From IMG/VR virus record IMGVR_UViG_3300006169_000023, positions 1-59,694 of that record: DNA of 59,694 nucleotides; one strand, written 5' to 3'. Made by a program: the position numbers and the translations under genes. Shown here in pieces: positions 25,499 to 35,273 of this stretch (the stretch's first letter is position 1; each line of letters begins with the position of its first letter). This DNA is from a virus. Lineage: Duplodnaviria; Caudoviricetes. The notes below the pieces were generated by a model that was not told the origin of the DNA, searched no databases, and saw only the letters and a program-made list of their open reading frames with translations.

Positions 25499-26738
25499 GC
25501 AGTCCGGTCATGCCCAGGCCCACGGCCTCGGCGAACAGCACCGGGTCCCTCGTGGTGAGCTCGAGCAGGACGACGTAGGTGCCGTCCCGGCGGACCTGGT
25601 GCTTGAGGAGCCCGCGCTCCGTCCGCAGGACACCGCCGCCCTGCAGCGCCGGCGCGATCACCCCCGCCGCAGGTGAGGGCGCGTCCTGAACGGCCTTGCC
25701 GTTCTGGCTCGGCTCGTGGGCGATCGCCTCGAGGGGGGCCGCGGCCGCGGGCTCGGCCGGGGCGGCGCCGGTGATCACCAGGTTTTCACCCTGGATCCGG
25801 CGCGACTCCGGACACGCCGGGTCGCTGCACTTCTCACCGACCGGGAGTGACCGCCCGCAGCCGTAGCACCGCACCTCGGTCGCGTCGCCCACACCGTCAG
25901 CGGTGGTGACCAGCGGCTCCGCGGCCGACGGCTCCGCCGCCTCCGCGACCGGCTCAGACGCTGGCGGCGCTTCCGTGAGAGCTGACGCGTCCTGCGGGGC
26001 TGGAGCCTCGTGCGGGACGCCCCAGTCCGATAGGAGACCGCTGACGATCTCGTTGAGCTCGGCGAGGGTGCTCTCCTTCGGCAGGCGCTTCGCGAGCTTC
26101 GAGGCCTCCGGGTAGAGCTTGTCGTGGAAGGTCCCGAACGAGACCACGACACCCGTCGCGTCGAAGAGCCCCGAGTGCAGCTTGAACTTCTGGATCTTCG
26201 GGTAGAGCAGGAGCTGCAGGGCGATCCAGGCGACCGCCTTCGCCCGCTGCGGCGGGGGCAGCGGCTTGCGGTTGCCGGGCTTGCCTCGGACGGTGGTCTT
26301 TGAGGGCACAGTGGTCTCCGGTGTGGCCGCCGGCGTCTGCGGCTCGGTTTCGCTCATTTGATCGCTATCCTGCGCGGACTCGTCGGAGTCGCCGAGGATG
26401 GCGTCGTTGCTGGGTTCCTCTATGTGATCAGCGAACCGATCGGCGGTTCGCTTGGCCTTCCGGTCCGGATCATAGGACGCGGACGAGAGGCGCACCGTAG
26501 CGGGGTCGATCCGGTTCGCCCGCTCCTGGAGCTGCAGGAGGAGCGCAGCCTGGACGATCTCCTCGATCTCCTCCGCGGTGAGTGCCCGCTGCCAGCGAGT
26601 CTGCGCCTCCAGACGGAGCTCCTCCTCCGTCGCGCCCGGGTTGCAGCTCCGAAGCAGGGTGCCCGGGCGCTGCGCCGCGCGATGGGCGGCGTGTCGCTGG
26701 CGGTGCAGTTCCCGTTCGGTGGCGAGGTCGACGTGCAT
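25473..26738 (-). CDS. hypothetical protein
   Basis: ATG 26738 in the operon direction; low-complexity linker and CYGC..C...C. Confidence 0.55.
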   Translation of the reverse strand: MHVDLATERELHRQRHAAHRAAQRPGTLLRSCNPGATEEELRLEAQTRWQRALTAEEIEEIVQAALLLQLQERANRIDPATVRLSSASYDPDRKAKRTADRFADHIEEPSNDAILGDSDESAQDSDQMSETEPQTPAATPETTVPSKTTVRGKPGNRKPLPPPQRAKAVAWIALQLLLYPKIQKFKLHSGLFDATGVVVSFGTFHDKLYPEASKLAKRLPKESTLAELNEIVSGLLSDWGVPHEAPAPQDASALTEAPPASEPVAEAAEPSAAEPLVTTADGVGDATEVRCYGCGRSLPVGEKCSDPACPESRRIQGENLVITGAAPAEPAAAAPLEAIAHEPSQNGKAVQDAPSPAAGVIAPALQGGGVLRTERGLLKHQVRRDGTYVVLLELTTRDPVLFAEAVGLGMTGLLGAEVARG

Positions 26739-26757
26739 GGGTATTTCGCGCGGAATG

Positions 26758-28635
26758 TCAGGCGGCGACCGGCCGGCCCGCGGCCAGCCGGAGTCCGCAC
26801 TGGGTGCACGTCTCCCCGTCGCCGTGCAGCATCGCCCCGGTGTCGAGCGGGTTGCCGCAGTGCTGGCACGCGGTCGAGCGCCCTGCATTCACCTGGTCGG
26901 CGTAGACGCGGCCGTAGCGCCCCGCGCAGCTGGCGCAGCGGTTCACCCCGGCGTAGGCCTCCTCGTAAGGGATCTCCGCGCCGCAGTCGGGCTCGCAGCA
27001 GCGGTCCAGCTTCTTCGGCTTGGGGGCGCCCACCGAGGTGACCGGCGCGCCGATCAAGAGCTTCCCGACGTTCGTGTGCCCGTCGCCGGAGAGGGTCAGG
27101 TCGCTCCGGAGCCGGAGCGCGTCCCGCCGCTGCAGCGCCTGCTCGCGCGAGGCGTCCCACCAGCCGCGCTCGCGCTCGGTGAGCAGCGTTGCGTGCTCGC
27201 CGTCCAGGGTGTCGAGGCTCGCGCCGGCCGCGAGCAGCTCGGCAGCCCGCTTGGTGGTAAACCCCCAGGGCCGCTTGCCCTCGTGCGGGCCTTCGACGCG
27301 CGGGAGGTTGTCCTTGCCGCCGGCGAGCACCCGGAGGTCCAGGATCCGCGCCGGCGGGAACGCCCGGGCGAAGTCCTTGTGGCCGCGGAGGTAGTCGGCG
27401 ACGCGGGACTCGTCGAGCTGCTGCTCCGCGCCCCGGTCACCCGGCCAGAGGATCCGCACCTGGTGCTCGTCCGAGACCAGCTGCAGGAGGTCGCTGTCCC
27501 GGGACAGGATCAGCACGGGGACGCGGCGGGCGACCGCGTTCGCGGCGAGCGTGGCGATCACGTCGTCGGCCTCCATCCCCGCGGCCTCCCGGGTGGCCAC
27601 CTTCCACGCCGCAAACGCCGGCCGCAGCGTCTCGATCATCGCGCGCGTCGACGGCCCTTCCCGGTCCCCCTCCCGGTCGGCCTTGAAGCCGGGGATCGCC
27701 TCGCGGCGGAACGAGTCGCTGTCGATCGCCAGGACCACGTGCTCGGGGCTCCACCGGCGGATTGCTGCCTTCAGCAGCGCGGCGAACCGCTCCGGCAGCT
27801 GCGCCAGCGAGCGCGCGGCTCCCATGGCGTAGAAGATCCGGTTCGCGGCGTTGGCCACGTCGACCAGGAGCAGCGCGCCCAGCAGCGGCGGCAGCTCGTC
27901 CGCGGAGGTAGGCACGGCTGCAGGCGGCTCGGACGGGGCGGGTTCAGCCGCCGCGGGCTCGAGGGCGGGGGCAGGCGCTGCGGCCTTGGCCTGCTTCGCC
28001 GGCTTCAGCGCCGCGGGCGTATCCCGCTGCTCCGGCGGCAGGCACGGCAGCCCCGCGAGCGCGAAGTAGGTCTCCTCGTCCGGCGTCGGAATCACTCCGC
28101 CGTCCTCCATGCGGACGATGCGGCCCTGCGCGTGCTGGAACCCCCGCTTCCGAAGCCGCTGCATCACCTCGACGCCCAGGTCGACCGGCCCGGTGCGGAT
28201 GGCCAGCTGGGAGCCCCAGCAGTTGCCGGTGAAGGCCGCGCCGCTGCAGCTGGGACAGCGGAGCGGCGTGTCGCTCCGGGTCGCCGCCGGGACGCGGAAC
28301 CCGCACCCGTCGCAGGTGAGCCCGACGACCAGGTGGACGTCCACCTGCATCCCGTCCGGCAGCACGACCTGAATGCTGCGGTCGCCGGACTTCATGACGT
28401 TGCCCCAGGTCCGGGCGATCGAGTGCGCCCCCTCGATATCGGGTCCCATCGCGCCGATCAGGTCGACCGGGACGTCGCCCAACTCGGCGACAATCTCGAT
28501 GTCACCGACCTCCGGACGCCGCCGGCGGAGGCTGCCCGCCAGCTTGATCCGGGTGCAGACGACCGCGAGCTCGTTCGCCAGTCGGACGCCGATCGCCATC
28601 GCCTCGGCCCAGGGCCGCTTCGTCCCGGCGCTCAA
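26758..28635 (-). CDS. PolX-like nucleotidyltransferase fused to a 5'-3' exonuclease (FEN) domain and zinc fingers
   Basis: AGSLRR....GDIEIV, QVD, IRTGP, TPDEE..F...GL...PP..R; then LLVD, SFRR....FKA.R, EADDVIATLA, S.D.DLLQL, L.G..DN.P.V.G. Confidence 0.85.
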   Translation of the reverse strand: MSAGTKRPWAEAMAIGVRLANELAVVCTRIKLAGSLRRRRPEVGDIEIVAELGDVPVDLIGAMGPDIEGAHSIARTWGNVMKSGDRSIQVVLPDGMQVDVHLVVGLTCDGCGFRVPAATRSDTPLRCPSCSGAAFTGNCWGSQLAIRTGPVDLGVEVMQRLRKRGFQHAQGRIVRMEDGGVIPTPDEETYFALAGLPCLPPEQRDTPAALKPAKQAKAAAPAPALEPAAAEPAPSEPPAAVPTSADELPPLLGALLLVDVANAANRIFYAMGAARSLAQLPERFAALLKAAIRRWSPEHVVLAIDSDSFRREAIPGFKADREGDREGPSTRAMIETLRPAFAAWKVATREAAGMEADDVIATLAANAVARRVPVLILSRDSDLLQLVSDEHQVRILWPGDRGAEQQLDESRVADYLRGHKDFARAFPPARILDLRVLAGGKDNLPRVEGPHEGKRPWGFTTKRAAELLAAGASLDTLDGEHATLLTERERGWWDASREQALQRRDALRLRSDLTLSGDGHTNVGKLLIGAPVTSVGAPKPKKLDRCCEPDCGAEIPYEEAYAGVNRCASCAGRYGRVYADQVNAGRSTACQHCGNPLDTGAMLHGDGETCTQCGLRLAAGRPVAA

Positions 28636-29051
28636 GCGGCCACCTCCAGCCGTGCGCGGGTGGTGCGCGTCCAGACCGCGGCCAGCGAGTCACGACCGGG
28701 AGCGGCGGCGACGCCGATCCGGACGCAGCTGAGGCAGTAGCCGTCCACGGAGGCGCGGTGGGTCAGGTCGTCCCGGCACCGCCGGCACGCGGTCCGCTCC
28801 CGCTCGCACCGATTGCACTGCGGGAACGGGTTGTGGTCGCGGTCGGGACGGAAGCTCATCGAGCACCCGCAGGTCCGGCACGGCCGGAATACCCGCGGGT
28901 AGCGCTCGAACAGGCACGCGTTGCAGATGGGCGTCTTGCGCATCGCGTAGCCCCGCGCGGTGTGCCGGGTCCACTCGCTGAACTCGGCCTCCGGCCACCG
29001 GTTGTCGTCCGGCGGACACGTGGGGCATACCCGCCAGCTGGACGCCCTCAC
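28632..29051 (-). CDS. Cys-rich zinc-finger protein
   Basis: Six CxxC pairs in about 140 aa. Confidence 0.6.
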   Translation of the reverse strand: MRASSWRVCPTCPPDDNRWPEAEFSEWTRHTARGYAMRKTPICNACLFERYPRVFRPCRTCGCSMSFRPDRDHNPFPQCNRCERERTACRRCRDDLTHRASVDGYCLSCVRIGVAAAPGRDSLAAVWTRTTRARLEVAA

Positions 29052-29175
29052 CGGGACCTCCTGCGGTTCCCGTGGGCTCGGCGGATCATCCGGGCCCCGT
29101 CGCGGCCGGAGCAGAACAGCCGCAGGGCGATGGACCAGGTATGGCGGAAGCGCCGCTGGATTCGGTTGCGCGCCA

Positions 29176-29754
29176 TCAGGACACCTCCGCCGGGACAAGG
29201 CGAGGTGCGTCCTCCGGCCAGCGCTGCGGCTCGTGCTCAGGCGACCTGCAGGCGAGCAGCGCGAACCAGCCGGTGCCGAACACGTAGAATCGGCCCGCAC
29301 GGGTGCCACGGAGCCCGCCAACCGCGACCCGGTACTCGTCCTCCTGGGGAAAGAGCTCCAGGACCTGGGCGAGCCGGTTGAGGTCGAGCGGCGCGCCCAT
29401 CACGAACCCGGGCTGGAAGCTCGGCGGGGTTTCCAGGTCCGACCCGGTGAGCCGGGCGGACGGCCATATCGCGAGACCGACGAAGGCGCGCAGCTCGGGA
29501 CCGCTGATCGGAAGCTTCTGATCCGGCGTGTGCTCCACGAGCCAGCTGACCTGCTCGTCGTGCCTGCGCGAGGAGAAGGGTCCGGCGATGCCGGCGGCAG
29601 GATGCCGGATCCCGACAACGGCCCAGTTGTGGGCGCCGATGACGAGATCCGATCCGCCGCTGGTGCGGTGGCCACGCAGGCCGCCGTCGAAGAGGTTGCC
29701 GGCGAAGTCGCTGCGCTCGGCCCACTGCTCGAGCGCGTGGAGGAGCTCGCTCAC
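29176..29754 (-). CDS. hypothetical protein
   Basis: GTG 29754 overlaps the ATPase stop. Confidence 0.55.
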   Translation of the reverse strand: MSELLHALEQWAERSDFAGNLFDGGLRGHRTSGGSDLVIGAHNWAVVGIRHPAAGIAGPFSSRRHDEQVSWLVEHTPDQKLPISGPELRAFVGLAIWPSARLTGSDLETPPSFQPGFVMGAPLDLNRLAQVLELFPQEDEYRVAVGGLRGTRAGRFYVFGTGWFALLACRSPEHEPQRWPEDAPRLVPAEVS

Positions 29755-31838
29755 GCAGCCACCCCCGTCCGGCGGGGGCGGCGCGCGGCCGCCGGCGTCC
29801 CCAGCTCGCGCACGTCCACCACGGTCCACCCCTCGGGCTGCCCGAAGTCCACGCAGCCGGCGACCAGGACGTTGCCGAACCGGTGGCTGATCCGGGCGAG
29901 CGCATCCATCAGCGCGCGCCGGTGGTGGACGCCGTCGAAGTCGTCGACCTTCTCGACGCCGTCGATCATCAGCAGCGGCCACGCGGGCTGCACCGCGGCG
30001 ATGAGCGCCGCGACGAAGACCATGGTGAGGAGCGCGCCCTCGCCCTCGGACGCCGCGATGAAGCCGCGGAACTCACCGTCCTGCTCGAACCCGTAGTCGA
30101 AGACGTCGCGGTTCTCGCGCTCGAACACGATCCGGAACCGCTTCGCCGGGTCGATGTCCGCCAGGATCTGGGCCGCGGTCTCCTCGACCGGGGCGATCAT
30201 CTGCTGGATCACGTGGCCGCGGAGCTTCTGCAGCGCGGTGAACACGCTCTTCAGCGCGGCCGCACGCGCGGTCTTCACTTGCAGGTCCTGCCGCTCGCGG
30301 TCCGCGCGCTCGCGCTCCGCCTCGGCCTTCCCCTGGGCGCGGCTCACCTGGTCGCGGCGCTGCTGCTCCGCGCTGATGCGGCCGCGGATCCCCGACACCT
30401 CCTGGATCGCCGCGGTGAGCGCGGCCTGGTCGGCCGGCGGCGGCGTCTCGATCTCCTCCGCGGCGAGCTCAGCCTGCCGCTGCTCGTATCCCTCGAGCCG
30501 GGCGCGCAGCGCGCTGATCTCCTCGGCAGCCGCGGCCACCTGGTCGCGCGCCGACTGGATCCGCCGCGCCTCCGCCTGCAGCGCGGTGCGGGCGGCCATC
30601 GCCTCCTCGAGGATCTGCTTCTGCGCGTCGACCGCGGTCTCCGCAGCGCGGCGCTCGGCGGCGATGTCCGCGACCTCGGCCTCTGCGGCCGAGACCGCCT
30701 CCTCGAGCTGCTCGCGCATCGCGTCGAGGTCGGCGCCCTCCGTCCCGCACACCGGGCAGGCGTTGGCGGCGCCGAGACGGTCACGCCGCTCCTGCGCCTG
30801 CCGGACCCGCTGCGCCGCCGCGGTCATGCGGGACTCGATCAGGTTGAGCGCCAGCTTCGTCTGGTTGAGGGAGTCGCGCGCGCCGTCGACGATGCTGGTC
30901 GCCTGCTCGAGCTGCTCGGCGGTGGGGCCGTCGGCGGGCGCGGTCGCCGGCGACGTCTCGAGCACGGCGATCCGCTCCCGCGCGGACTTGACGCGGCCGA
31001 CCAGGTCGCGGAGCTGCTCGTCGCGCGCCGCCCGGCGGCGCTCGGCGGCCGCCACGTCGTTCGCCCGGGCCTGCAGCTCGCCAAGCCGCTCGGTCGCCGC
31101 CGCGAGCTCCGCCTGCAGCGCGTCCAGGTCCTCGCCGGCCGCCGCGGCCTGTTCGCTGCTCACCGTCGCGGACTCGGCCAGCCGGTCGCACTTCTCCACC
31201 ACCGCCACCTGGTCGAGCCGCGCCTTCTCGGCGTCGTTGAACCGGCCGCGCGTGTAGTCGATGGCGCTGGCCAGGCCGTCGATCGGCGATTCCGCGTCCA
31301 GCACCTTGTCGAGCCAGAGCTTCGCGATCGCGCGCTGCACCAGGTCGTCCGCCTGGTCGTAGCCCAGCCAGTCGCGGAACACGGCCTCGGTCAGGATGGT
31401 GCCGTCCCGCGGCAGCATCTTGAACAGCGCCTCGCGCCTGCGCTCCGCGGAGAGCGAGAGGAACTCGCCCAGGTCGAACGCCGGCGTGAACGCGCCGGTC
31501 TCCTCGCGGATCCGCGCCTCCTTCTGGGACTCCAGTTTCTCGCCCTTCGGCGGCGTCACCGTGGTGGCCTTGGACGAGCCGATCTTCCGGCGGATGCCGA
31601 ACCCGTCCGCGAACGTCAGCCCGACCTCGAACTCGCCCGTCGGTGCCAGCTGGCGTAGCCCGGCCAGGGTGTTCTCCACGCTCGGCTCCTTCCCGAGCAC
31701 GGCGATGCGCACGGCGTTCAGGATCGACGTCTTCCCCGCGCCGTTCGGCCCGGTGAAGGCCATCAGCCGGGAGACCGGCAGGTCCACGCCGCGCAGCTGC
31801 TTCAGGCCGTCGGCCTGGATATGCGTCAGGATCTTCAT
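29751..31838 (-). CDS. SbcC/Rad50-like coiled-coil ATPase
   Basis: GPNGAGKTS, long coiled coils with a central CPVCG hook, ASEGE signature, LLMID Walker B. Confidence 0.85.
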   Translation of the reverse strand: MKILTHIQADGLKQLRGVDLPVSRLMAFTGPNGAGKTSILNAVRIAVLGKEPSVENTLAGLRQLAPTGEFEVGLTFADGFGIRRKIGSSKATTVTPPKGEKLESQKEARIREETGAFTPAFDLGEFLSLSAERRREALFKMLPRDGTILTEAVFRDWLGYDQADDLVQRAIAKLWLDKVLDAESPIDGLASAIDYTRGRFNDAEKARLDQVAVVEKCDRLAESATVSSEQAAAAGEDLDALQAELAAATERLGELQARANDVAAAERRRAARDEQLRDLVGRVKSARERIAVLETSPATAPADGPTAEQLEQATSIVDGARDSLNQTKLALNLIESRMTAAAQRVRQAQERRDRLGAANACPVCGTEGADLDAMREQLEEAVSAAEAEVADIAAERRAAETAVDAQKQILEEAMAARTALQAEARRIQSARDQVAAAAEEISALRARLEGYEQRQAELAAEEIETPPPADQAALTAAIQEVSGIRGRISAEQQRRDQVSRAQGKAEAERERADRERQDLQVKTARAAALKSVFTALQKLRGHVIQQMIAPVEETAAQILADIDPAKRFRIVFERENRDVFDYGFEQDGEFRGFIAASEGEGALLTMVFVAALIAAVQPAWPLLMIDGVEKVDDFDGVHHRRALMDALARISHRFGNVLVAGCVDFGQPEGWTVVDVRELGTPAAARRPRRTGVAA

Positions 31839-33055
31839 CAGAGGAGATCTCCTTCCCCGAGCTGGGAGGACGCGGCCGCCAGCGCCGGCGCGGCGCCCGA
31901 CACGGGCGCGGCCGCGCGGGGCTTCAGTGGCTTCCGGACGGTCTTCCGGAAGCGGCACTGCGCGCCCTGCTTCGTGTGGGTCACCGCGTCGATCGCGGCG
32001 ACGAGCGAGTTGGGGATCCGCTTCTTGAGCCGGTCGAGCTCGGCGAGGTCCACCCGGAGGACGTCCTCGGGCAGCTCGGCGCCGGCCGCCGCGAAGGCCT
32101 CGCGAAGATCCTTCAGGTCGACCTGGCGCTCGGTGGACGGGCCGTAGCCGTACTCACCGCCGCCGACCGGGACGGTGAGCCGACCGGTCTGGTGCTCGGT
32201 GCCGAGGTAGCGCTTGAGCTGCTCCTTCAGCCGGTCGGCGGCCGCGGACAGCGCGATCACGGCGCCGGCCATCTCCGAGGCGCGTTGGTCGTCCGGGATC
32301 GCGATGTCGAGCCCTTCCTCACGCCACTTCGCGATGAGCGGGCAGGTGTGCTGGTGGCGGCAGAGGCCGCACCAGTCGCCCCCCGTCGCGGTGAAGACGC
32401 CGGCGGCCTCGATCTCCTTCGCGGCGGTCATTTCCGAGGCGAGGACCTGCTCCACCTGCCGCAGGTCGTCCGCGGTCAGCACCTCGACGTGGAAGTTCCC
32501 GCGGTACCGGACGAACCGCTTCACCAGCTCGAACTCGGTGAAGCCGGGGAAGTGGTGGTGGACGAGCAGCGCGTACCGCTTGATCTGCTGGTCCGCCTTG
32601 AACTCGGCCTCGGTCTCCGGGTGCCAGTGCGTCTTCCAGTCGGTGATGCGGACGCGCTTCCGACTGACCCGCTCGGCCAGGTCGACCGTGCCGAAGAAGG
32701 TCTCGACCGATCCGTCCCACAGGCGGACCGGCATCTCCAGGCGCTCCTCCACCAGGAAGACCGCCTTCGGGTCGATGGTGAAGTCCTCGCCGAGGCTCTC
32801 GACGAACGTGGTCAGCACCTCGACCGCGTCGTTGTACTCGGCCTCGCCGCCGGTCACCGTCTTGTAGGCGAGCCCGTGCACGTCGAGCGGGTCGTTCGCC
32901 AGGATCGCGCGGACCGTGGCGGCGATCGCCGAGTGCACGTTCGAGCCGGCGTGGAGGGACGGCGAGTAGCCGCCCTCCTCGCAGCGGACGTAGCTCTCGC
33001 GGTAGGCCCAGGCACAGGTCCGGAGCTGCACCAGCTGGCTGTTTCGCTTGGCCAT
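31838..33055 (-). CDS. PD-(D/E)xK nuclease (RecB/Cas4-like exonuclease)
   Basis: N-terminal Cys, G..VH.AI, VEE, GTVDL, ITDWKT, Q..RY, CGLC....CP. Confidence 0.85.
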   Translation of the reverse strand: MAKRNSQLVQLRTCAWAYRESYVRCEEGGYSPSLHAGSNVHSAIAATVRAILANDPLDVHGLAYKTVTGGEAEYNDAVEVLTTFVESLGEDFTIDPKAVFLVEERLEMPVRLWDGSVETFFGTVDLAERVSRKRVRITDWKTHWHPETEAEFKADQQIKRYALLVHHHFPGFTEFELVKRFVRYRGNFHVEVLTADDLRQVEQVLASEMTAAKEIEAAGVFTATGGDWCGLCRHQHTCPLIAKWREEGLDIAIPDDQRASEMAGAVIALSAAADRLKEQLKRYLGTEHQTGRLTVPVGGGEYGYGPSTERQVDLKDLREAFAAAGAELPEDVLRVDLAELDRLKKRIPNSLVAAIDAVTHTKQGAQCRFRKTVRKPLKPRAAAPVSGAAPALAAASSQLGEGDLL

Positions 33056-33057
33056 GG

Positions 33058-34365
33058 CTACAGCAGCTCCTCCGCCCCGAGTGCCGGGCGGGCAGCCTGG
33101 GACTTCGGGGCCTCCGCGGTCGCGGCCGCGGTGGGCTGTAGCTCCGCCTCGAGCGCGTCATCGCCGTCGTCGACGAGCTCCGCGTCCTGGGGCTCCTCCT
33201 CCGGCTGCGGATCAGCCTCCTCGCCGTCGTCCACGAGGATGCCCTCCGCGCGGGCCTGCTCCTCGGCGGCGGCGGCATTTCGCGCGAAATCCTCGTTCGC
33301 CTTCGTCCACTCCATCGGGAGCTGCTCGGCGAGCTTCGCGGCCAGACCGGGCAGGTCGCTGCCGCTCTTCGCCAGCTGGCGGTTGATCCGGTCCTTCTCC
33401 CAGTCGGCCAGCTCCAGCGTGTAGCGGATGATCTCCTCGAGCCGATCGGCTTCCGGGTCCTGCTCCTCCGCCTCGGCCACCGCGGCCACCGCGTCCGCGC
33501 CGGCCTCGGGGTGGAACTCCGCGCTGATCTCCGCGGCCTCGCGCGCGTCTTCCTCGTCCAGGTCGCGGCGGAACGCGTCGGCCTGGGCGGGGGAGGGGAG
33601 CGCCAGCTGGGAGCGGCGCTCGTACGTCGCGGCCGCGATCTGCCGCGCGGTGTCGAAGTCGCCGCGAAGCAGCAGCGCCACCTTGTAGCTGGTCGACGTC
33701 TTCTGCTGGCCACCCTCGGTGTACGTGTCCGTGGCCGGGTAGATCACCAGCTTGAGCGGCAGCCCGGCCAGGAAGCCGAACTGGTTGTAGAACAGCTGCA
33801 GCTGCGAGCTGAGGTTGCTGATCGTCTCCCAGGAGGTGGTACGGAAGACGTAGTAGCCGCCGAACGCCTGCGCGGCCTCCAGGATCACCGAGAGCCGGCC
33901 GTGCGGCTTGCAGGTCGGCGCGTTCGCCCCGACGCTCCGCCGCGGCCCCTTGTACTCGCCCTGATGGCCCTTGAACCACGGGCACGTGCAGGGCACCTGG
34001 CCGTGCTGCGCGTCGTCAGCGACCTCGCCGTTGCCGCGGCAGGCCAGCTGGCGGCCATCGTAGGCGGCCAGGTAGCTCTGGAAGCTGTCGATGTCCCGGT
34101 CCCAGAGCAGCCGGACGTCCAGCTCGGTCGGTCGGTCGCCGATCAGCGCGTGGATCGCCTCGTCGCGGACCAGGTTCTCGGTCTTCCCGTCGCGCTCGCG
34201 GCGGGTGATCACGAAATGGTCGTACTTCTCGGGCAGCCGGAACTTGGTTCCCCGGCGGGACGTCCGCTCCGCGCCCTTCCCACCGATCTTGATCGCGCCG
34301 AGCTCGGGGAGCCGGGGCGCCAGGATCTTCGGGGAGATCTGAACGAAGGAAGGGCGCTCAGGCAT
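33058..34365 (-). CDS. Gp3-like / recombination-directionality-factor-like protein (putative recombinase)
   Basis: RLPELG.IKIG.KG, P.K.DHF, C.G.G, C.CP, CKP.G.L, GG.Y.FRTTSW. Confidence 0.7.
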   Translation of the reverse strand: MPERPSFVQISPKILAPRLPELGAIKIGGKGAERTSRRGTKFRLPEKYDHFVITRRERDGKTENLVRDEAIHALIGDRPTELDVRLLWDRDIDSFQSYLAAYDGRQLACRGNGEVADDAQHGQVPCTCPWFKGHQGEYKGPRRSVGANAPTCKPHGRLSVILEAAQAFGGYYVFRTTSWETISNLSSQLQLFYNQFGFLAGLPLKLVIYPATDTYTEGGQQKTSTSYKVALLLRGDFDTARQIAAATYERRSQLALPSPAQADAFRRDLDEEDAREAAEISAEFHPEAGADAVAAVAEAEEQDPEADRLEEIIRYTLELADWEKDRINRQLAKSGSDLPGLAAKLAEQLPMEWTKANEDFARNAAAAEEQARAEGILVDDGEEADPQPEEEPQDAELVDDGDDALEAELQPTAAATAEAPKSQAARPALGAEELL

Positions 34366-34681
34366 GGGGCGTCACCATCCGTCCGTACTGCTCGAGGTGA
34401 TCGGCGGTCTCCGCCACGACGCGCGCGAGCTCGGCATCGCCCTTCTCGGCGAGGCGGGCGGCGCGGGCGCGCAGCCCGGCGACGGGTCCGCGCCAGGCGC
34501 CGCTGCTGGCCAGCTCGCTGACGAGCGCGTGGTACTGCCGGATCTCGTTGTGCAGCTTCACGTGGTGGATCACGGCGACGACGCGGCCGACCGACTTGCC
34601 GGTCGCGAACACGGTTCGCTTCTCCGGGATCGATGCGGGCACGCTGGGCTTGATGGGAGTTACGGGAAGCACCATTTTCAT
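34358..34681 (-). CDS. hypothetical protein
   Basis: AAAGGA RBS; overlaps the downstream gene. Confidence 0.6.
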   Translation of the reverse strand: MKMVLPVTPIKPSVPASIPEKRTVFATGKSVGRVVAVIHHVKLHNEIRQYHALVSELASSGAWRGPVAGLRARAARLAEKGDAELARVVAETADHLEQYGRMVTPHA

Positions 34682-34762
34682 CCTGTCCTTTGCGAAGGGG
34701 ACAAACCCGGCTTCGTCCGGGCCCGCGCCGTCGACTGTTGCTGCAGTCGGCGGCGTACTTCG

Positions 34763-35026
34763 TTATGCGACCTGCCTCGCCGCCTCGCCGTCCAGGTAGG
34801 CGGTGATGTCGCCGACGGTGCGGAAGCGCTCCGCCTCCGCGTCCGGGATGTCGATCCCGAACTCCTCCTCGATCGACATCACCAGCTCCACCGTGTCGAG
34901 GCTGTCGGCGCCGAGGTCCTTGACCAGCTCGGAATCCTCGGTCACGACGTCCGGGCCAAACCCGAGCTCGTCGCGCACGATCCCGATCACCTTCGCCTTC
35001 AGCGCCTCACCCTTCGGTCCGACCAT
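34763..35026 (-). CDS. acpP: acyl carrier protein
   Basis: KVIGIV.DELG...VT.DS.L..DLGADSLDTVELVMSIEEEFGIDIPD.EAE...TVGD...YL with intact DSL serine. Confidence 0.92.
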   Translation of the reverse strand: MVGPKGEALKAKVIGIVRDELGFGPDVVTEDSELVKDLGADSLDTVELVMSIEEEFGIDIPDAEAERFRTVGDITAYLDGEAARQVA

Positions 35027-35058
35027 GTGGTCCGTCCTGTCGTTGAGGTGAATTCGCC

Positions 35059-35271
35059 CTACAGCCCGGCCTGCCGCATCCGCTCCAGCCGCAGCTCCTC
35101 CTGCCGCTCCTGGAAGCGGTCCCAGCTCCAGTCGTCGTCCGCGCGGAGCACCGTGACCGTCGCGCTCCGCCGAACCGCCGCCTGGACCACCAGCACCGTC
35201 AGGCCTCCGAGGGCCGCCCACACGAGTCGCACGATCAGCCAGTTCCAGGTGATGGGTTCGATGATGTCCAC
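35059..35271 (-). CDS. small membrane protein
   Basis: Hydrophobic segment WLIVRLVWAALGGLTVLVVQAAV. Confidence 0.55.
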   Translation of the reverse strand: MDIIEPITWNWLIVRLVWAALGGLTVLVVQAAVRRSATVTVLRADDDWSWDRFQERQEELRLERMRQAGL

Positions 35272-35273
35272 GG

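Noticed and set aside
26578-28740. Long plus-strand ORFs opposite real genes (also 20587..22509, 23063..25051, 29883..31658, 48610..51360 and others)
   Set aside because: Shadow ORFs expected at high GC; they have no motifs and the minus-strand genes have clear family signatures
31838-33055. Cas4 as evidence of a CRISPR-Cas system
   Set aside because: No repeat-spacer array or other cas genes seen; the context is phage recombination
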